Part shown: in pieces, positions 54,828-64,000 of the stretch | Layout of the letters: each line of letters starts with the position of its first letter | Numbering within the stretch: the stretch's first letter is position 1 | From: Octopus sinensis | Lineage: Eukaryota | Assembly (NCBI RefSeq): GCF_006345805.1 | Contig: NC_043008.1 | Span: 1,488,001 to 1,552,000 of the forward strand | Direction: 5' to 3' | DNA length: 64,000 nt | Translations under genes and position numbers: made by a program | Notes under the pieces: model-generated | What the model saw: the letters and a program-made list of their open reading frames with translations, nothing else | Database searches by the model: none | Told to the model about the DNA's origin: nothing

Positions 54828-55789
54828 TCCTGAAATTTTCATCGAAGAAAACAATATTCTCTATTATGAAGCAGCTGCTGAGGTCAATAAAGAATAGAAA
54901 ATTGATTTCCAGCGAGGTTTCATAATGAATTCTAAGCCTTTATATAATGAAGTTTGAAATAGATGTATATCTTACTGATTGTTTTCAGGGATCAGTGGTG
55001 TATGCGTGCGTAAATTAAACATCACCAACACTAAGGAATCTATGCAAATTTTAGTTGTTCAAGGGAGTTGATTGTTGTTCGTAGAGACAAAATTAATAAC
55101 TATAAGAATGCGCTCATCGACGTTTGACAAAAAGGATAAAAAAAGAGTAGAAATGTTGCCAACGGTGAAGTCTTCATATAAGTAAAAAAATGTGAAAGAA
55201 AAAAAATCTTACAAGAAAAAGTATTCTTCAGTTGTTTTAAAATTGTTTTATACTTTCCAATATAAATGATAAATGAGTGTATATTATCTATGAGAAGTTC
55301 AAAGTGCTTTGAATATATTTATTTTTGAGATTTCGTTTTTTCAGTCTGCATCATAGTTCAGGATATCCTTTAAAATATATTTTTGTAAAAATTTTATTAT
55401 TTTTACATAATTTACTTACAGAAAATGAAGTTTCATGAAAAGACGTCAAATATTGATAAAATATGAAGTGAGTGTTATATAAAGCCGAAGATTGGCTTAT
55501 AGAAAGTCAATATTGAAAGAAGATGAAAGCAACGTCATAGAAATAATATGATAACAATATATATATATATATATAATTTCGATAGAACGCAGATAGTGCG
55601 AAGTAGAAGCACAAGATTTATATTCCAGATTACAGACAATATTAATAAATATCTTTATATATATACATGCACATTTATAAACTCATGCACAAACGTATAT
55701 AAGAGTGTGTGTACGTGCGTGTAGCAATATACATTTTCACATGTACACACAATTATTGATACACACTCAGATACACAAACACACACAAA

Positions 55790-55838
<49 letters not shown>

Positions 55839-55855
55839 CTATGTGTATAGAGATG

Positions 55856-55887
<32 letters not shown>

Positions 55888-55925
55888 ATATATATACGTA
55901 TATATATATATACACGATTTATATA

Positions 55926-55966
<41 letters not shown>

Positions 55967-56090
55967 GCGTGTGTGCATGTACGTCTGTATATGTAGTCAC
56001 ATACACAAACATATATATATATATATGCATACACATATGTGCGTGTGCCTATACATACGCATGTGTACGTATGTGTGCCTGTGTGTGTGC
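55790..56090. repeat. (AT)n/(GT)n complex
   Basis: Directly visible. Confidence 0.9.
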
Positions 56091-57659
56091 ACGTGTATAT
56101 GTGCCGAGTTACATAGATATAAGTCGACTTACATTCGTGTTATTATATATGTTGTTCTCTCCTGTTCTATATCCTTCTTTGTCCTCGTAAATTTCTTTTG
56201 CAAGCGATGAAATAAAATACATAATTTTACCTTGGAAAGTTTTCTAGCATTCTATTACTTGACACATAGAAGTTTTACATGCGGTACAATAATCAATTTT
56301 AAATTCTTCCATCATTAGTAAAGCGTAAGTTAGATAAAGCATTTTGATTTATGTTTGAATAAAATCGAGAAACAAACTGTTCGTGTTGAATGCCACGTTT
56401 AGTGAATAATGAAAAATGTGTACGTTTTTACGAGATGGCATCCGAATAAACTTGAAGATATTATATTGCATGATAATTTACAACAAATTTGTGTAAAATC
56501 CTCAGTTCCAAGCATGATCTTTTCCTTGTTATTGAGATTGTGTTCTATTTTCTTCTAGCGTAGTTCATATTTCTGGTCAGGCAGGATATTTCTTTAACGT
56601 TTTCTCATTATAAAGCCCAGTCTTTGATTTAAAATTAGTTTAATTCTCTGTATACAACATGCCATGAAGTTAAGATCGCCGTAACTTCAGAAAGTAAATA
56701 TCAAATTTACCAAGATGTATCCAGATATTTCTGAGTGTAGTTTGCTTGACGAAAAATGTTCGGAATTCGGCTACTGAATCGTCCCTATCCTAGAGAGAGT
56801 AGACTTAATCTATCACTGGACTGAACAGCGCTAAATATTCCTTTCACGAAATTGTTTGTTGTTTGTTGTTAGTCCTCAGCCAGATCAGCAGTATGTATGA
56901 CCACTTCTACCGTTCTTTCCACTAATGTCGGTGACTCGTAATTTGTGACTTGCAATTTGTCAGTTGTCTATTACTTCTAGGACGGCAATGTAATTCTGAG
57001 AATATTACGGCCGTTTCGCATCCTTTTCATGCCGTATAAATTCCTCTTTGCAAGAAATCACGCGTGTACGATTAATATGTATGTTCATATTATACAACAA
57101 AATTGTATATTCACAAATTAATGCAAATAAAGATAGCCCATCAGACAAACGAAAGTTCAAGGTTACATCATCAGTTCAGTTTTAAATATAAACATAAAAT
57201 CTAACATACACGTATACAATGGAAGATCAGAACTAAACCAAATTGCATTTATATTTACAGTAAAGATTAAAAATCTGAGTTTTTCTATTACAGAAAAATA
57301 TTATTCCCATGTGCGTTCTCATATATTAATTAATTTCAGGTGAAATTTATTTGAGTACATCAAATGGTAAAGTACCTGTTTTCACTCCTTCAATTATGAT
57401 AAACAATTATATATCGCGTTTTATATTTTTCTTGATACCTTTTCAGCATTGTATTCACTTCCTCTCGTAGTCAAATTCGTATAATCTTTAAGGTGTCATT
57501 AGTATTATTTCTCTGCAAGAAAAAAGTCAAATATTAAGCTAAAAGCAATTAATATTATCTTTAACCAATAGATTATCTATGAGGATATTTTAGTAACTAT
57601 TTTCGTTGCTTTACTAATATATAAACTGGAATTAGTTTTCACCGTCGAACTTGTGTGAG

Positions 57660-57699
<40 letters not shown>

Positions 57700-58850
57700 C
57701 GAGTGGGTGTGAGCGAGTGGTGTGTGAGCGAGTGGTGTGTGTGTGCGTGTGTGTGTGTGTTTTATAATGTTAAATACTGAAAACTTAGAAATATTGTTAT
57801 AGCTGATGTAGCATCTCTTTGACAATATTTCCTCCCTCTTCCCTTTCTGAAAGAGGATAATATAGCTGGATCTCCCTGCAATCTCCCAAGTATTGCTATA
57901 GATATCCAGAATCGATTATTATTTGTGAATGGCGCTCCCCAATAATTCTAGAAGGTAGAATGAATATAAAGCGATAACCTCTTCAAATCGATATTCAGTA
58001 GAGTTTATGATACACTGAAAAAGAAAATCATTAAACAACAATACCCATCCATTTTCCCTCTCTATATATATTCAAGCACCTGGATTAATTCCCAGAAATA
58101 ATGTATGCTTATATATTTCATGTAACAAACAGTGCACAATAGCACTATCGGTCACAAATTTCCACTGATCCAATTCCAAATTCTATTCTACTTCCCTGTA
58201 TTTCTTTCGCGTAACCATTGATGAGTGGGTGATTAAGCAATGTATATTCTAAGGGATCATGTGCGTAAAAATGCAGGTGTTCGTTTCTCTGGTTCATCCT
58301 GAAATTGTTTGACAACAAATATTTTCAATCTCTCAAAGACATATACGTGCACATAGAAACACTCACACAGATGACCTTGCCTCATATATTTCGCTATGTG
58401 TATATATTTGTATAAGTGCAAGTATCAAGAAAGCATTATTTACATGTTTTTCTTTGAGAAGACAATATCGCGTAATTCATTGAGCAGAATGTAATTATGG
58501 TAACTGGTGCTGCTGACACACAGAGAATCTAACAACTTGTGACATGGTTCTGAAAGTAATATGTAAGACATGGAAACTGGCACGTATCAATTGGGTTTTG
58601 GAAATATCAAGTGACATAGATTTTGATTCAACATACTTGTCGATGGTCCATAAAAATAGCTTTGAGTCTAATAAAGAAACAGAAAATTGAAGTAAAGACA
58701 TTTATAAAAGACGTATTGATTTTAGCGAAAGTATTGCACTGCTGCATGTATAAATATTGCATTGTGGGAGTAAAAAACCCATGGTCTACTGAACAACCAT
58801 TGATGTACAGTACATACACACACACACACTCACACACACCTATATATATG

Positions 58851-59120
58851 TACAGGCTGCGGTGAATGAATTGCAGTCTAAGTTACTAAGTTATGCAAAA
58901 ATGAAATAACACTAACATCTCATTTTTATAGATATATTTACCAAAATTACATAAAAATATTTGAAAATACTACACAATAAATTTGTTCAGTAAAATCACC
59001 ATTGCCTCAAACCACGGCCACCAGACGTTATCAGTATCTCTTGCAACTCTTCTGGACGGTCTCTTTGTTTAATCCTTACCTTCAGTTCATCTTTGGCGTC
59101 AACTGCGCCCCATACATAAT
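58851..59120 (-). mobile_element. Tc1/mariner-superfamily (probably DD37D/maT-like) transposon 3' end
   Basis: YYVWGAV...KDELKVRI, then frameshifted LNKETVQKSCKR and RLVAVV.GNGDF; terminus TA-CAGGCTGCGG at 58851. Confidence 0.7.
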
Positions 59121-60109
59121 AATGAAAGAATCGTTTCTGACTTCTATGAATGTCTCTGTATCAATGCGGTTGATGTGAAACGGATGAGTCTATATAGTAG
59201 TGAATAAAACCAAATTGCCGAATTACCAGAGGTTAGTGTGTTGTGTTTAAGAATTGTGGTGTATGCATGAATGAGAGGTATGTTACAGGTGCACTTCGAA
59301 ATAGATCGATGTTCGAAAATATAATAGAATTCTTTTTCTGACACGTCAATTACGAAGCATTCACATCCAAATATAATGTATGCAGTCTCTGCCGGTTGTA
59401 GATTGACATGGTTTGCTACTCATCACTGGTCATTGGTATAAAACTTCACCGATGTCGGGACTGGAAGCATCAACAGCTATAGATTGAAGCATTGTTTTGG
59501 ATGGAGGCTTCGGAATTTTGGTTAGCTTATTTTCATTTCTAAAATTCTTTGTATGAAGACATATATCAGTCAAGGGTCGAAACACTTCAGAACCAAGAGG
59601 GATAAACAGACTACAAATTAATGAGGTTTTAGAAATTCGCTGTGGCCAGTGATGTGATAGCAGAAACAAAGAATTGAAATTTGAGAAGATGCCACAGTAT
59701 TGAAAAATTTCAAAAAAGGTCGAAACATCTGTTGAATAAATTTCTCACGTTCAATTATGGTTAATTTCAAAACTGACAGAACTTCCGTAGAAATAGATAT
59801 GATCAAAAACGTATAGCAGTCTGTGAAGTCATGGTTTTCCTATTCTGATTCTTTTACGGTTCCTCTAAATTCAATACACCAGAAAAGTAACTGCCAATAT
59901 TTTTTTTAAAAGATGTAAAAGACACACATTCATAAAGTTAATTTATCAATGAACTCTCTGAAATGTAAAAAGAAATTTGTACAAGTAACATAAATTCCAT
60001 TGACAAACATTAAAAGAGACATAAATATATTTCAAAATTTGATGCGTAAATACCAGTTTATTGTCCTTTTTCTCAAGTGTACACTTAAATGGTATATTTT
60101 CCACTATTC

Positions 60110-60690
60110 TCAGAGAATCAGAACAGCTTTATTCGAGAGCTTTATTCGAGCTTGGCAATACCTACACAGAGTCCTACACAAAGTTTTCAAATGGTTTTCA
60201 TCGTTCTCGACACAAGCAACGATATCATGGTCGACTGAAACCCGCGTGGCTATTTGCTCAGCTAAAAGTAGTTTTGGCACAAACTTGGCAGACACAAGTC
60301 TCGTAACCAATTCTTCATTGATAATAGACTGAATTGAACCGTAAATAATCTACACATCCTCTGATAAATTACGGATGCTGATCCGACGATTTCCACTTAC
60401 ACCTGCACACTCATCTGCGCTGCTATTCATAGTTATGCTTCTTGCTGGTCTTTCACAACGTTCGCCGTAGCGACATATTTTTTGACCACCTTGAGAACGT
60501 CTAAAGCACTCGTACTGTTCTGTGAGGTTCATACACTCCTTTCTATATACTTTCTGCAACTTTGCGTATAGATCTGAACCGGTATCGCCATGACAACTTT
60601 CTATTCCATGATCGCACGCTACACATCTTCCTTCCAAACATTGCTGTAAACTGCAGAAATGATTTAGAACTGCAGAGTTCAAGATCACTC
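60110..60690 (-). mobile_element. Mariner transposase N-terminal fragment (irritans-like), decayed
   Basis: LQKVYRKECMNLTEQYECFRRSQGG (HTH), NRRISIRNLSEDV, RLVSAKFVPKLL; frameshifts; TIRs not identified. Confidence 0.8.
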
Positions 60691-60834
60691 TGCGGCAAGC
60701 GGTTTCACTTTGAGGGCTTTAGCTTCGTTACTATGGCAACAGTAGGGATAATTATTGATCAGATCTCGCGAATGTATGTATACCGGTATGCACATATAAT
60801 CACATATATGTGTGTATGCATTTGGATATATATA

Positions 60835-60904
<70 letters not shown>

Positions 60905-61452
60905 CATGCACATATGTGTCTATATATAAACATTCATCAGCTACGTATACCCATTTTATTTATTATATCGATTCAGTTTAAATTATTACAAGAGGTTGCC
61001 AGGTCGTTTAATGTAAGAGATTATACCAGCATATTGGTATTGCAGTTTTTCTGTCAGAGAAATTGGTGACGCTATGCCAATGATATGTCACTGAAACATG
61101 TATCAGGGAAGCTTTGAATAGACATATAATGTTATATGGAAATGCATTTGGAGGATATACCCACGTTCTTTCAATTATGGATGATTTCCAAACCAATCCG
61201 AAGAAATTATTAACTCTTCGCGTTACACCTTTGTTGAATTATGTACACTGCCAAAATTTTAAATTTCCCAATTTAATAAGAGAGTGAATTGTAAAGAAAT
61301 GAAAACCTACGTCCATGTAATTAAGTGCATCTTTCACTAACTTCCATCATAGACATTTCATTACATCTGTAAATTATTGGAAACTTTTAAAGCCGATTAT
61401 TTTTAATAAAACTTTTCAATATATATATAAATGCATATATACATAGATGCAT

Positions 61453-61521
<69 letters not shown>

Positions 61522-61893
61522 CACTAATTCCACGTATATCTTATTTATAACATTTTTATTCAATTTATTTTGATTTTTGCTGGTAATATACCATTGGAAT
61601 TTAGGCAAGGTTTTTTCTGAAAACGATTAGCACGTCTAATCGCAATTCATATACTCCATTCTAATGTGAGTCAAATTTCTATTCCGCAAGCGCTCCTTTT
61701 ACATTTGGTAATGTGTTTTTCGTGTGTATCAAAATACTGTGAAGTGATTTATTTCTATGAATGTTCATTTTACACAATATCTAAAGTGCAACATATTGCA
61801 TCTGCTTATGACAGACGAATCTACCTGATATATGAAACGTACTTGCGGCGCCTTGGCTTTAAATAATTTCATATCATTGACGTTATCATTAAA

Positions 61894-62272
61894 CTAGCAG
61901 TATCGCCCGGCGTTGTACGGGTTTGTTTCGCCTCTTTAGAATTGGAATTTTTGAAAAGTAAAAATTTTGCATTATGTAGCTTGTTATTCTCTTTAAGTGA
62001 ACATTTTTCTGGTTGAAATACACCGAAAAATGGCGACACCGCAGTCGAAAAATCATTAAAAAATAGGGATTTTCATAGAAAAAAAGCACTTTTTTGATGT
62101 AAATAATTTTTCGTGTTAACATGGTCCGATTTGAATTTTTTCTTCGACGGAGAGAAGAGCATGCCTTCTATCATACTCTCAATAATGGTAAGTTTGCACC
62201 GCAGGGTCTCGGAGGAGATAATGTTAGTTGATAACATACACAGATAACGTCAGCTTTATATATATATATAGA
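61894..62272 (-). mobile_element. Non-autonomous Helitron-like element, complete (379 bp)
   Basis: Minus strand starts A|TCTATATATATATATAAAGCTGACG and ends CCCGTACAACGCCGGGCGATACTGCTAG|T; the last 22 nt are identical to 4398-4419. Confidence 0.8.
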
Positions 62273-62875
62273 TTACAAAGTGGCTCCTTTCAGCATTATC
62301 CGAGTGCGATATTTAATTTTAGTGGAGTTACATTGTAGAAAATATGGATGTGCGATGAAAATATCTTTCTCTTTAATTTATTTTGGTTTTAAGGATAATC
62401 TACTTGTGCTCATGATTTTATTAATAATCGTAAACCATTTTTTCATCTGATACGCGCTTTAAAAAGTCCTGAAATTCAAAATTAAATAGAAGTATATTCC
62501 AAATAGTAAAATGCACACATATATGAAAATAGGAACGCAATGAGGAAAAATGACATTTAAAATCCCGAAGCAACAATAAATTTAGTTTGATAGAATCATC
62601 AGCAAAAGTCTTCAAGGCTGAAGTCAGGCTCCAACAGAGTTAAATCTTAATGATGTTGTTCTTCATATATGATGCATCAATGAATAATATGACCGGTTCT
62701 TGAAATGTCTTTGTCGTAAGAAATATATACGACAGAGATATAGAATGAGACATAGGATAGACCCATATGAACGCGATGGCTTGCAATTCTGCTTGTAGCA
62801 GGTAAACCTGTAAAAACTCCCGACGTAATTTACATTATTTACATTGGACGTATGTGTCCTCATCATGTTTGTTGT

Positions 62876-62923
62876 TAACACAACGTTTCGGCTGATTTAA
62901 TCTCCAGCATTCATCAGGTGTCT
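62876..62923 (-). ncRNA. Minimal type I hammerhead ribozyme-like motif (family A), best-preserved copy
   Basis: Minus strand GACAC-CTGATGA-A-TGCTG-GAGATTAAAT-CAGCC-GAAA-CG-T-T-GTGTT; intact core and ACGT palindrome; first helix II pair is a U-C mismatch. Confidence 0.65.
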
Positions 62924-62987
62924 TGGAGGAATTTAGAAGCCAAACCTAGGATCTCATTACTAAAGATATTTTTTCCTGACATTGTTG

Positions 62988-63198
<211 letters not shown>

Positions 63199-63267
63199 AA
63201 TTATAATAATATCAGCTAAAATATACCTTAGGAATGAGAATCCAGGGTTCGGATCAAAATTCCACCG

Positions 63268-63314
63268 GGCCACCTGATAAAGGTTGGAGAGCAAACCAGT
63301 CGAAACGTTGTGCT
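63268..63314 (+). ncRNA. Hammerhead-like motif (family A), core-mutated
   Basis: CAC-CTGATAA-A-GGTTG...CAGTC-GAAA-CG-T-T-GTG; G8 is changed to A. Confidence 0.5.
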
Positions 63315-63574
63315 AACAACAAACAAGATGAGGACACATATCCGTCCATTAGAAATAATGTACAATATTGACTGGCTTTCTACGGATCCCAACATTTGCC
63401 AATTTTGAGAGTAGTATATTAGGTTCAACCCTGGCGAATAATTTACTGAAGTCGAGATATATGACATCAGAGTTCGAACCTGTTCCCAAGGCTTTAAGTA
63501 TATATTCAATGTGGTGTAGGAACTATGTTAGACAGTCCCTGTCATAGCAAAACCATGCTGATTTGCATTTAGGA

Positions 63575-63691
<117 letters not shown>

Positions 63692-64000
63692 GTTTAAGTA
63701 TTATATATCCACTATATATGTATATAGATATGCAATCCATGTATCTATGTGCGGTTGTTTACTATTCATTATGATATGTTGTAATATGGTTAGATGATTA
63801 TATCTCGTTCCCCGCCACCTTACTTTGCTGGTACCTTTAATAATTAAACATAATGTAAATACACAATGATAAGCGTGGGTGCTTTGAAAAGAAATTTCAT
63901 CAAAAGAACTGAAGAAGAAGCGTGAGAGGCAATCAAACGGATAGAAATTATATCAATGAAATAAATAACATTTAAGCGTAAAGTATATTTTCCGATGATA

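Noticed and set aside
59545-59735. Two GAAGA...GGTCGAAACA strings about 140 bp apart, and a SIAVDASS peptide faintly like RNase H
   Set aside because: Cores are too degenerate and helix I is absent; the peptide match is too short.

Overview
AT-rich eukaryotic non-coding DNA packed with microsatellites and retro/DNA transposon relics. The repeat families I recognise suggest an octopus (cephalopod) genome; this is an inference from recalled repeat content, not a search result. I found no host protein-coding exon, rRNA or true tRNA gene. Most listed ORFs are microsatellite translations. The real coding remnants are decayed R4/Dong-type LINEs next to (AAT)n tracts, one CR1/L2/Jockey-group LINE 3' end, and three Tc1/mariner fragments. 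Several tRNA-derived SINE families and two complete non-autonomous Helitron-like elements are also present. The most interesting signal is a set of minimal type I hammerhead-ribozyme-like motifs (CUGANGA + 1 extra nt + helix II + GAAA, almost no helix III) in three short repeat families of unrelated sequence, two of them arranged as inverted pairs. One copy (62831-63362) joins a tRNA-like Pol III head, an (AAT)n tract and a hammerhead-bearing tail, which looks like a SINE mobilised by a Penelope-like element. Every individual ribozyme copy carries decay mutations, so activity and novelty are untested. A 1.3 kb tandem duplication (17.9-20.5 kb) differs mainly by 1-nt indels and may be an assembly artefact.
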